Part shown: piece by piece, positions 40,203-51,444 of the stretch
Position numbering within the stretch: position 1 is the stretch's first letter
How the letters are laid out: each line of letters starts with the position of its first letter
Source: Vicugna vicugna
Lineage: Eukaryota
Reading direction: 5' to 3'
Assembly: GCA_013265495.1 (NCBI GenBank)
Contig: MU058059.1
Location: forward strand, 1,302,001-1,366,000
DNA length: 64,000 bases
Program-made: the position numbers and the translations under genes
The notes under the pieces: generated by a model
Seen by the model: the letters and a program-made list of their open reading frames with translations, nothing else
Told to the model about the DNA's origin: nothing
The model's database searches: none

Positions 40203-42360
40203 TATTCAACATAGTTTTGGAAGTCCTAGCCGCAGCAGAGAAGAAAAAGAAATAACAGGAATCCAACTGGAAAAAAGTAGAACTATCACTGTTTTTAGAT
40301 GACATGATCCTATACACAGAAAATCCTAAAGATGCCACCAGAAAACTGCTAGCACTCATCAGTGAATCTGGTAAAGCTGCAGGATGCAAAACTAATACAC
40401 AGAAACCTGCTGCATTTCTGTACACTAACAATGAAATATCAGAAAAAGAAATTAAGGGAACAATCCCATTTACTACTATTGCACCAAAAAGAATAAAACA
40501 CCTAGGAATACACCTACCAGAGGAGGCGAAGGACCTGCACCCTGAAAACCACGACACTGGTGCGAGAGACCGGGGACGACACAAGCAGAGGGAAAGGTAC
40601 ACTGTGTTGCTGGACGGGAAGGATCAGTATTGCTGGCATGGCCACACTACCTGAGGCATGTACAGATTCAGGGCAATCCCTATCAGATTACCAATGGCAT
40701 TTTCACAGAACTAGACCAAAAAATTTTTAAATTTGTATTGAAACACAAAAGACCTTGAAGCGAAAACAATCCTGAGGAGGAAGAATGGAGCTGGAAGCAT
40801 CACACCTCCTGTGACTATGGACTATATGTAGATTATGTATTTTGTAGACTATGCTACAAAAATATGGTAATCAAAGCAGTGGTACTGGCACAAAACAGAC
40901 ACGTAGATTAATGGAACAGGACAGAAAGTCCAGAAATAAACCCACACATTTACAGTCAATTAATCTGTGACAAAGGAGGCAAGACTATACAATGGAGAAA
41001 AGACAGTCTCTTCAGTAAGTGGTGCTGGGAAAACTGCACAGCTACCTGTAAAAGAATGAAATTAGAACATTCTCTAATGCCAAATACAAAAATAAACTCA
41101 AAATGGATAGAAGACCTAAATGTAAGACCAGATACTCTAAAGCTGCTAGAGGCAAACACAGGCAGAACGCTCTCTGACATAAATTGCAGCAATATTTTTT
41201 TGGATCCATCTCCTAGAGTAATGGAAATGAAAGAAAAAATAAACAAATGGGACCCAATTAAGCTTAAAAGCTTTCACACAGCAAAAGAAATCATAAACAA
41301 AATGAAAAGACAACCTATGGAATGGGAGAAAATATTTGCAAACGATGTGACCAACAAGGGATTAATTTCCAAAATATACAAACTGCTTTATAGCTCAATT
41401 CAAAAAAATAACTCAATCAAAAATGGGCAGAAAATCTAAACAAATCTTATTTTCCAAATAAGACATACAGAAGGCCACAGGCACATGAAAAGATGCTCAA
41501 CATCACTAGTTATTAGAAATCAGAACTACAATGACACCAGCCAGAATGGCCATCATTAGGAAGTCTACAAATAACAGATGCTGGAGGAAATGTAAGGAAA
41601 AGGGAGCCCTCCTGCACTGTTGGTGGGAGTGTAAACTGGTGCAGCCACTATGGAGGACAGTATGGAGGCTCCTTAAAAAACTAAAATAGAGTTACCCCAT
41701 GATCCAGCGATCCCACTCCTGGGCATATATCTGGAGAAAACTCTGATTCAAAAAGATCCATGCACCCCAATAGTCACAGCCCCACTGTTTACAATAGCCA
41801 AGGCGTGGAAGCAATCTAAATGTCCACTGACAGATGACTGGATAAAGAAGATGTGGTATATTTATACAATGGAACATTACTCAACCATAAAAAGAATGAA
41901 GTAACGCCATTTGCAACAACATGGATGAACCTAGAGATTATTATACTAAGTGAAATAGGTCAAATAAAAACAAATATCATATGGTGTCACTTATTTGTGG
42001 AATCTAAAAAAAGTGATGCAAATGCACTTAATTACAAACTAGAAGTAGACTCATAGACATAGGAAACAAACTTATAGTTACTAAAGGGGAAAGGTGGGGA
42101 GGGATAAATGAGAAGTTTAGAATTGACATACACACTATTGTATATAAAATAGATACGTAACAAGGACCTACTGTGTAGCACAGGGAACTGCATCAGTATC
42201 TTATAATAACCTACACTGGAAAAGAATCTGAAAAAGGATATATATATATAATGTATGTTATATATATAATTGAATCACTTTGCTGTACACCTGAAACTAA
42301 CACAATATTGTAAATCAAATATACTTCAATTAAAAAAGTAAAACATTAAAAAAAATTAAA
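40203..42360 (+). mobile_element. 5'-truncated artiodactyl-type LINE-1 (ORF2 RT/C-terminal part, 3' UTR, A-tail), inactive
   Basis: ORFs 40304..40654 (MILYTENPKDATRKLL...) and 41056..41439 (...KINSKWIEDLNVRP...KINKWDPIKLKSF...QPMEWEKIFAN) are L1 ORF2 fragments. The 3' UTR ends tacttcaattaaaaaa. Confidence 0.95.
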
Positions 42361-43579
42361 ACCATACTGTACACACCCTCACAATGCTTTTCAATGCCAG
42401 TGTCACCCCTCAGAGGCCTACTTCTGTGTACATTATTTAACGCTTCCCATTTGCAGTGGCTTCAGCAAGAGGCATGAGTCACTCCTTAGTCACTTTCTGA
42501 GAAGGTAGTAGACGAGCAATTGCAGGGAGGCAGCTTGATGGATTTATGCTAAGTCAGAGGCAGCGGCTGATTAAACCTATGGTTGTGTTTCTTACCCCAG
42601 CTGCTGCTTCAGTCTGCTGAGGGAGCTCGGGGGAAGTCCTGAAGACCAACCCGTTTCCTTTTCTGAAATGCCATCGTGGGATCATATTGACCACAGTGAG
42701 GAACGCCACCAACCCAAAGGGCTGTGAGGTGAGGCCTCACAGTGACGGCTGGAGCCTGTGATCACAAATACAAATACAGCCTTGAATAGGTACTATTAAT
42801 GACTACTTTTAATGACTATTACTTATTATTTAATATTAAATATTGATTAATTAAATATTTAATGATAGTCACATGCCAAAATTGAAAATATCAAAGCAGA
42901 GGGGTTAAACGATTTGCCAGGACAGCACAGCAAACCGGTTTCCGAGCTGAGATTAAATCCGTAACTTCCTGCATTGATTTTCCTCACCCGCTGTTAAATT
43001 CAGCTACAATAAAACGAAGCTTATCAGTACTCTCTCCCCTACCTGCCCAGTGAACATCTCAGGTTCCCACTGATGAGAGGAAAGAATGTTATGCATCTGA
43101 GACTGCCCGGAGGGAAGGCACTGGAGAGAGAATGCTCTGGTTCCTCGCAGGATGACCAGTTTCCAGACAACCAGGCTGCTCAGTATTACAGTAACACTCC
43201 CTATCTTCTACACTGGGTAGTTTAAAACTTCAGCACATAAAACAGTATTTATAAGGAAACCAATAAAGCAAAAGTTTAAATCACTAAAGCCGTGACCAGC
43301 TCCTACCCCGCTGTCCTTTAGTACTAAACACATAGGAGAAATGAATTACTATAATTTCTCTTAGTAAGAGACTAAACAAAATTAAAATAAAAACAAAGGA
43401 ATAACTAAGTGAAAGCAGTAGTGGGGCGGGGGGGTACCTTGTTGGTCCCATGGGAGACACGGTTCTGCAAGTCTCAGAGAACCCTCTTCCTATTTGCTGG
43501 AGAGAATGCTTATGTCTACTGTCCAAAAGTTGCTAAGCTTTTCAGTTCAGGGAGAATCAGAAAAAATAGCTTTTAATAG

Positions 43580-43865
43580 GTAAAATGATCATTATTTGCA
43601 GATGACACACTGGTTTACCTGGAAAACAATTACATGAAAGAATGACACATAAGAAGGGAATCTGACACAGTAGCAAAGTCAAAATCACCATACAGAAATG
43701 GACAGCTCAAACATAAAAAAAAAAAATAATGCCATGTGCAGCAATATGGATGGACCTGGAGATTGTCATTCTAAGTGAAGTAAGCCAGAAAAAGAACAAA
43801 AAAATGCCATGTGATATTGCTTATATGTGAAATCTAAAAAAAAAAAGGGAGGGGCACCCAATGAA
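43580..43865 (+). mobile_element. L1 fragments: old ORF2 RT piece followed by a younger ORF2-end piece
   Basis: ttatttgcagatgacac (FADD motif), then aataatgccatgtgcagcaatatggatggacctggagattgtcattctaagtgaagtaagccag. Confidence 0.75.
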
Positions 43866-43879
43866 ATACTTAACTTAGA

Positions 43880-44180
43880 TGACTGATTTCTTGAATATGT
43901 GTAAGAACATTTGACTGTCCTTTATGACTGCATTACCACATTGTGTTGCTTCTTATTTTGTGGCAGTCATTCATGGACATATACACACTCATTGTCAAAT
44001 TTTTTTATCTGTGATTTATCATAACATTTTGTGTATATTTCCCTGTGCTATACAGTGTAATCTTGTTTATCTATTCTACAATTTTGAAATCCCAGTGACT
44101 GATTTCTTGAATATGTGTAAGCACATTTGACTGTCCTTTATCACTGCATTACCACATTCTGTTGATTCTTATTTTGTGGC
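43880..44180. repeat. 85-bp direct repeat pair (43880-43964, 44096-44180)
   Basis: Direct comparison: 4 mismatches in 85 bp. Confidence 0.95.
43965..44095 (-). mobile_element. L1 3' UTR fragment in inverted orientation
   Basis: Reverse complement reads ctgggatttcaaaattgtagaatagataaacaagattacactgtatagcacagggaaatatacacaaaatgttatg; the gtatagcacaggga motif is shared with other L1 3' UTRs in the window. Confidence 0.75.
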
Positions 44181-44499
44181 TGGTTTTATTCCTTTGATAA
44201 CCAATCACCTATTTCTTTTTTTTCAGTTTAAGTCTTGACAATTGATCGGCCTGTTGAGTTGAAGTCCCGTCTTCCCCAGAAGACCTGATTAGGGTCTTAA
44301 CCAGCCCCCAGGGCCCCCGGGGCTCCACAGCAGCTCTGGTCACTTTAAGTGCTCTCCTTACAAGCTAAGAGCAGCCACAAGGGGCAACTAGCAAGCTCTG
44401 CTCCTTCCCCTCCATGACCCTGGTTATTTCCCGGAGAAGCCAGTGAAAAGAGCAACAGGAACTTTTCATCTTGTATAATGAAGGTAGTTTCAGAAAAGC

Positions 44500-44950
44500 A
44501 ATTCTGCATAAGAAACCCGATTTGTAATGGCATCTATGCAATTCTATTACATACTCATTTTTTTTTTAACCAGTCAAAATGTGAGCTAGCAAAATGCCGT
44601 TGAAAAACATGGGTGTGAGTTCATGGCAGTAGTAAATGCAGAATTCTGAGTACTAAAAATCATTATCCACTCACACCACTCACGTTGGTACAATAAATAT
44701 TGAGAGACCAAATTTTAAAAAAAATAATTCTGCATAAGAAACCCGACTTGTAATGGCATCTATGCAATTCTATTACATACTCATTTTTTTTTAACCAGTC
44801 AAAATGTGAGCTAGCAAAATGCAGTTGAAAAACATGGGTGTCAGTTCATGGCAGCAGTAAATGCAGAATTCTGAGTACTAAAAATCATTATCCACTCACA
44901 CCACTCACGTTGGTACAATAAATATTGAGAGACCAAATTTTAAAAAAAAT
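44500..44950. repeat. Tandem duplication, 226/225-bp units (44500-44725, 44726-44950)
   Basis: Direct comparison: about 4 substitutions plus a 1-nt T-run difference. Confidence 0.95.
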
Positions 44951-47780
44951 CATTAAAAACTGCCTGGACAGGATTTTATTCAATATAAATGCTACCCAAA
45001 TGTGACAAAATATTTGGAGGTCAAAAGATGGGCTTAAAGTTAATTCATTCTCTGTACGCTCTTCCTCTAGATAAGGAACTTTGCTTAATCTAACTCCTCA
45101 CCAAATCCTGTTTTCCCCAATACATCCCCGAAGGAGGTCAAAGAAACTCTTCAGGACCATGTAAGATCCTGGCGACGCCAGTCCCGGTCTCTTCCTTTAG
45201 GTAGAGACTGTGCTAAAGCTAGTTAGTCTCACCATTCTGAAAGGCAATTAACCTTGGAGCCTTCCACACGATGAAAGTATTAACACTGTCACTGTGCAGT
45301 TCTTGCAATTTACAAAGTTCCTCAGCCTTTATAAACGGTGACACTCTCCACTATTAACACCTGTGCACATGAATTTCTGAAGTGTCTAATTTTATTTTTT
45401 TATTTTTTTTTAAATGTCTAATTTTAAACAGCTCCAGAAAAATCAATGCCTAACGTTTCCCCAGAAGCAAATGTGACCCGACCCCAGTGTGCACCGCAGC
45501 GCGCAATCTGCTGAGCAAGCTCCGCGTAGTCCGCCAGCAGCTCGTGCGCTGCTGCTGTGCAGGCTGCAACGTCTGGGTTTTAACGGAGTTCTTTTTCCCT
45601 CTGAGGGCAGTGACATGGGTCTGAGGGGAGCTCTGGAGGGAGGGAGAGACAGGAGAGGGTGAAGTACTTTCTCCCAGTACGTGATCTGCTCATAACGGGA
45701 AATATTTTTATATCGAATTTTTGTTGCAGAACTCGCATCGATTTGCCCTTGAGTTCTCGGAAGTTTTCTCAGCGTGCTACCTATTAAAGCATCACGGACA
45801 TGCGATGTCAACGCGGCTGGTAACTTACTTAGTCCCCTTCCACGCTGTGATGCCTGCTTTCCTCCCGCCTCAGGCCTCCGGGAAGAAGAGGTGAGGGTGG
45901 GGGAGGCGGTTGCGTCGAGGGTCGTGGTTTGGCCGGGAGGGCCCATGGTGCTGACCGGGGGAAGTGCCGCCTGCAACAGACGCAGAGAGGTGTCCTTCGC
46001 GGAGCTCCCCGCACTCATTCCCTCCGCGACCTCAGCATGCACGAGCCGCCAGAACACACAGCGCTGACGTCACCTGTGGGGCTGCAGTGCGGAAGGGTCC
46101 TGACTCAAGCCCTGCGGGCCTGGGGCCCTCACTGTCGGTGTTCATGTCTTCATTCCAAGAGCAGGGCAGACTCGGGATGAGCTCAGCCATTTCTTGAAAA
46201 TCTCAGTGGTGGACTGAATTCTGAGGGAGACACTGCCCCTCGCCCTGGGGAGCAGCCCACCTTCCTGCGTTTCGCTGGGACGCTGAAGGACGCAGTAGCC
46301 GCACCAATGACAGCTGACCCGAGGGTACTGGGCTCTAAGAAGGACCCTGGCATCTAAGTGACCGATTTTTCAGCAACGACTTTCCCATCTTACATTAAAC
46401 ACTGCTGGCTTTGCAGGATGAATGTTCATCGCAGGGACAGCTGAAAGTGGCAGTTACAGCTGTAGGAGCTCAGAGGCCTCAGAGACACCGGAGAGACCCC
46501 AACATTTCCAGTCAGTCAGCTGCTCTGCCCCCGTCAGCGCTGCTGGGCATGTATGGCCGCTGGCTCCGCCGTGATGACCGACGGGCCTCCTTCTGGGCTC
46601 CTCCAGCACCCATCCTGCTGTTCAATGATAAAGTGTCTATCTTTGAGTTCTCAGAAAAGCAAGCAGAGGTGGTTCCAAAGGCTTCCTAAAAAAATGCCTT
46701 TAAGTCAATTTCATACGCATTTGTTCTTTGATGTTTGGGTTTTTAAATTACAGACATAGGTGGACACTGCGGGCACTATCACATCACGGTGCAATTTAAA
46801 GGGATGGTAAAACAATGGCTCAGGAGTTTAGGGGGCCTGTGGACTGCTTTCTGAATCATAAAACAATACAATATGCTCAGCATATTTTTAGTATCAAATT
46901 AATTGCAATTTTCAGAATATGGCAAGCAGCTGACATACAGCTAAATTTTAATTAGTCAGTATACTGAACTACAATAAATACAAATCCGTGCCTTCTCCCT
47001 GCCAGATGCAGGTCACCGTGGACGTAGGACTCACTGCACTTTTTATGCCTCTTGTACAGTAATAAGCATCCGTTTCCAGACATTAAAGCAGATGGCAAAA
47101 AAAAAAAAGGTCAAATATCCTTGCCTGATTGACCCTGGCAGCTGAAAGGACGTTGAGTTCCAAAACTCCGATGTATTTTTTCCCATCTGACCTTTTGAGG
47201 TCAGAGTGAGAGTCTCAATCTAAGTTCTGCCAATAGCTGGCTCTTACTTGGCCGGTACGGAAGAATGTTCTGCTTCAAGATTCAGTGAGTAAGGAGGCTA
47301 ATGCACACAATGAATTCTGACATTGTCTTTAGAGAACGAACAAGTCAGCATCCTGGGAAATGTACCATGATGGCCCGAAACTGGGCCATGCAAAGCGATG
47401 CCACGATCCTACCCGCCAGGCGCGGACGGCTGCGGGAAACCACAGGCAGCTCAGGGAATTCCAGTACAAAGTTCTGTCAGTTTACACTCCCCACAATGAA
47501 CCGTTACTCGGAAGAACAAATCCAGTGTCTGAACCTGTGATTCTCGTCCCGTCCTTGTTAATGACGTCTTCCTACTTTCAAACGGTGTGAGGAGGCTGCT
47601 TATCTACCTCCAGCCAGGGTCAGCCCTTTAAAGCATACCACGCTGGGACAGCTGGGACACTGTAGTCTAACTGTGCTTAGCAGTGGATCAACCTTGCAGA
47701 GCTGAGAGATGCATTTGATAAGGCAATAAATACTCTGCAGAGAAAGGGGCAAGAGGTTTAATTCCAGAAACGCTACAAAA

Positions 47781-47890
47781 TTCATTCAGTGCTGAGTGTC
47801 CACTGCAGGGCTGGCACAAGGCCAGGCCCAGAGGACACAAAAACAAGCACACTCCCTGCCTGGGAGAAGCTCACAGTCCAGCAGGCACCC
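47781..47890 (-). mobile_element. L2 3' fragment
   Basis: ttcattcagtgctgagtgtccact...ggacacaaaaacaagcacactccctgcctgggagaagctcacagtcca. Confidence 0.6.
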
Positions 47891-48583
47891 GGATCGCGCG
47901 CACAGTGAGGGCAGAGAGCACTGAAAACAAACTCAGGGTACGCAGGTGCCGGGGCAGGGTCTGCCTGGCCGGGTCCAGTTAAGCTCTGTCCGCCACACAC
48001 GCCCTGCCTGTCCGAGGTCTGATGGGGTGCCAGACGCGCTGCCCTCCCCGCCCTGGAGACCAAGCTCTCGGTGCTCTGGTGGGTGCACTCTACTCTCGGC
48101 CACTACATCCTTTCTACAGAGGACTTGGGAAATGCACCTCAACAGCACCACCTCTCTTAGTGCGGGGAGTAACGGGCAGGGACACCTGAAACAAACGGAC
48201 TGTCTCACGCAGCACGGTCCCTGCAGCCCCACGGGTGCCTGCTCGGCTCACTCCAGGAGGTGCTGCGGGGAGGTGGCGGCGTGGGGGGTGCTCTGCAGTG
48301 AGACAGGGTTCAAACCCTGGCCCCATAATCTTGAGCTGTGGGGTGAAGGGGACAGGCTTCAACTCCCGGACCCCGGCTTCCTCTCATCTGTGAGGCGGGG
48401 TACCCAACACAGGAAGAAGACTGATACATCAGATAATCCTGGCAATGACTCGGCACACACAGGACTCACGACGTCGGCTCATGGAAAAGCCCAGGAAACA
48501 GCCTTCTTTGCTCCCCCAGCCCTCTGCCCCCCCTCCCGATGTCCAATTCACTTCTTCCTTTTTTGTCTTAATTTGCTGTGCTC

Positions 48584-48694
48584 TAGCAACTATTCACAAG
48601 GCATTTACACTGTATTAGGTATTACAAACATCTAGAGATGATTTAAAGTATATGGGAGCATGTGCGTAGGTTATATGCAAACACTGCACTGTTC
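48584..48694. mobile_element. MER2 (TcMar-Tigger) fragment
   Basis: gcatttacactgtattaggtattac...ctagagatgatttaaagtatatgggag...taggttatatgcaaa matches recalled MER2. Confidence 0.8.
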
Positions 48695-48812
48695 TATTAT
48701 TATTATTATCACTATTATTATTTTATTTTTTTTTTAATGGAGGTACTGGGGTCTGAACCCAGGACCTCGTGCATGCTAAGCGTGCACTCTACCGCTGAGC
48801 TGTACCCTCCTC
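48695..48812 (-). mobile_element. Camelid tRNA-derived SINE (Vic-1 type) with (TAA)n/A tail
   Basis: Reverse complement ggagggtacagctcagcggtagagtgcacgcttagcatgcacgaggtcctgggttcagaccccagtacctccattaaaaa... has Pol III A/B boxes followed by an A-rich tail. Confidence 0.85.
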
Positions 48813-51062
48813 CCTTTCACTTCTGCTCACCCTTCAGACGTGGGCCCCAGTCACTTCTCCAGAGATGTCCCCCTGACCCTGGGGGACCGTCTTCCCAGCT
48901 CACCCCATGTGCATGTGGGTGGCCGTCAGCGGCTCTCTGGAGGCCGGGAGCCCATGACAGTCAAGCACAGCTCTGCTTTCGTTCACCGCACACCCCACCC
49001 CCAGTCCAGGACAACGCTGGCGTGCGAGAAGAATATGCTGACTGACCCAGTGAACAAAGGAACGATTCTGGCACCAGAGAAACGGTTCTGTGGAAACCCC
49101 TTGAGGCCCCTGTGGCGTTAGAGGGGGGCTCAGCTCCCATCTGCTCATTTCCGGGTTACCCCATGACCCTAGTGGAAGACCCTAACATACAGCTTAGAAA
49201 CTGCTTATTTTCAAACCTCTTTCCTCAGACTTACATGTTTTTCCTCGGGAACCTGTGTCACAACATGACCAGACTCTTCCACGCCGTCTGCTGCTGAAGC
49301 AGCAGCAACACTGTGCACCCTCACTTCCCGGGCATGGCCACGTCACCCCGACACACCTGCGGGGGCCAGTTACCTACCACAGCTTCTCTAAGGAATCCTC
49401 CAGAGGCCTTCAAAGAGGTTTTAACTTTGGTAGAAAGGAGAAGCTCAAAGAAAATTTCTAACATTCCGCCACTCATTCTAAGATTAATTTCTCTTGATTA
49501 ATAATCTGGTGTTATGTTCATTTCCCTTCCAAGGTGCTGAGCACAGGATACAGATGTTAAGATGTTACGCAGCTCAATCCAGACTGCCAGGACCACAGCT
49601 TGAGCAGGTGTATTTGAAAGTAAGGTTTCTTTGCTAGTGTGCTCAATCAAAATGCAGTATTTGGGGGCGGGGTTGATTCAGAAAGAGTTTTGAGGAAACA
49701 GTCTCAATTTTAAGGCAAAGCGGTGAAACAAGACACAAACAAGGATCACTTTGAAAACTTGTCACACCCTAACCCTTATGTTTACAGAAGCGTCTTTCGA
49801 TGTAAACACAGTGAAGACACAAACACCGCCCCGCCCCACAACAGAGCCAAATGCAACCCATCACCTGACAGACACCCCAGGAAAGGGGCCCGGCACCACA
49901 GAAATAGCTTGTGACCCAACCCAGACTCCTGGCCCCTCAGGGAAGGATCTTCCACTCACCTCCAAGGTGTCTGTGTGACACACGGGTGGCTCAACTTAAT
50001 ATTCTCAGCCTCCTTTCTGGATGCAGTAACCTTCTCTCTTTCAAACATACCAGTATCAACTGTGAAAGCGACTCCAAGTGGTCAGAGGTGGCCTGTCTGC
50101 AGGTCCACTACCAGCAGGGCTGAGAGAGCCCTGGGTTTCAGGACAGCAGTGGCTTCCTCTATTTTGTGATAAAGCAAGGCTTTGGGCAGATATGTCCATA
50201 TTTCTTTAAAATAAAAAGGATGTGGGCTGTAAAATTCATTAATGGTAAGACAGCAACTCTGTCACTTCCAAGGAGAAATTTCTGGCCAAGCAGAAAAGCA
50301 TTCTTCTTAAGAAAAGAAAGACTGTCATGAAACAGAATAAGAATGTCAGAGACACTGAAATGGTTTTTGACTTCAGACTTCAATGCCAGTCTATCCAACA
50401 CAAAGTAAAATTCCCAAAGTTTCTGCAGAAGAAGTTTGCTTTTCTGTTTCAAGGAGAACTTAGCAATGGTCAGACAGGAAGCAGAAGTCACACAGCATCT
50501 GGAACACACCCACCGCTGGGGCCAGGAGGAGGTTAAATCTAAGGTGTTACTATTAATCCACTCGGATGAATTTATAGAGGAACGCCGGAGTCTTGGTCAT
50601 ACCTTCAACTACACGGTGCTTTATTCTGAATGCTCTTTCGTATCAATTCTCCCTTTTGAGCCACTCAACTACCATTCTAAGTAGAGAAATGGTCTCCATC
50701 TGACAAGCGAGGAGACTCAGGCTCACGGTCTAAATGCTGCGAGTTTGTGGCTGGGCTCAAGGTCAGGCCCCCCAGCCTCCTGATGGGACCCTCTGTCTGC
50801 TGCAGGGAAAGAGCTTCCGCTTTTAGAGGAAGACCTAAGCTGCACCTGTGTCCTTTAGCAGCGAGTGACCTTGGACAAGTTACCCACCTACTCTCAACCA
50901 CCTCAACAGGAAAACCGGTGTCTACGTGAATCTTCTTTACAGCAGGGCGAGCACTGGGTGAATACGTTATTATCACCATCACGGTCACAGCCAGCGCTGT
51001 AGGAAAACGGCTATTATCTGACGCCACTGCTAAGAAATGTTTTAAAAAAGAGTGTCTTTTCT

Positions 51063-51444
51063 GAATTTATAGAATTAAACACTAGGCAGAGTATATTCAC
51101 GAAAATCCATCACCACTGAGGATAATATTTTTTTAAGCCTCATCTTTCTAAAGGCAAATAAAAGAAAAATAATCATTAGAGTAGCTACATCTCAGATGAA
51201 AGGAATCTTGGTTTTTTTTTTTTAGTTTATTTTCTAGTTTCCTTAAATACTTGACGAATTTATAGAATTAAACACCAGGCAGAGTATATTCACGAAAATC
51301 CATCACCACTGAGGATAATTATTTTTTTAAGCCTCATCTTTCTAAAGGCAAATAAAAGAAAAATAATCATTAGAGTAGCTACATCTCAGATGAAAGGAAT
51401 CTTGTTTTTTTTTTAGTTTATTTTCTAGTTTCCTTAAATACTTG
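51063..51444. repeat. Tandem duplication, about 190-bp units (51063-51253, 51256-51444)
   Basis: Direct comparison: one clear substitution plus homopolymer-adjacent indels; 2-nt spacer 'ac'. Confidence 0.95.

Noticed and set aside
40304..41439. L1 ORF2 fragments as functional CDS
   Set aside because: The element is 5'-truncated with frameshifts and stops.
45443..46057. 204-aa minus-strand ORF
   Set aside because: No recognisable domain, non-ATG start, composition typical of GC-rich non-coding DNA, and not needed for the L3MBTL4 reading frame.
47946..48635. 229-aa plus-strand ORF, the longest in the track
   Set aside because: Runs through MIR-like and MER2 remnants, non-ATG start, no homology; a chance ORF in GC-rich sequence.
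48738..48810. tRNA-like sequence as a real tRNA gene
   Set aside because: Followed by an A/(TAA)n tail and matching a SINE body; called as a SINE.
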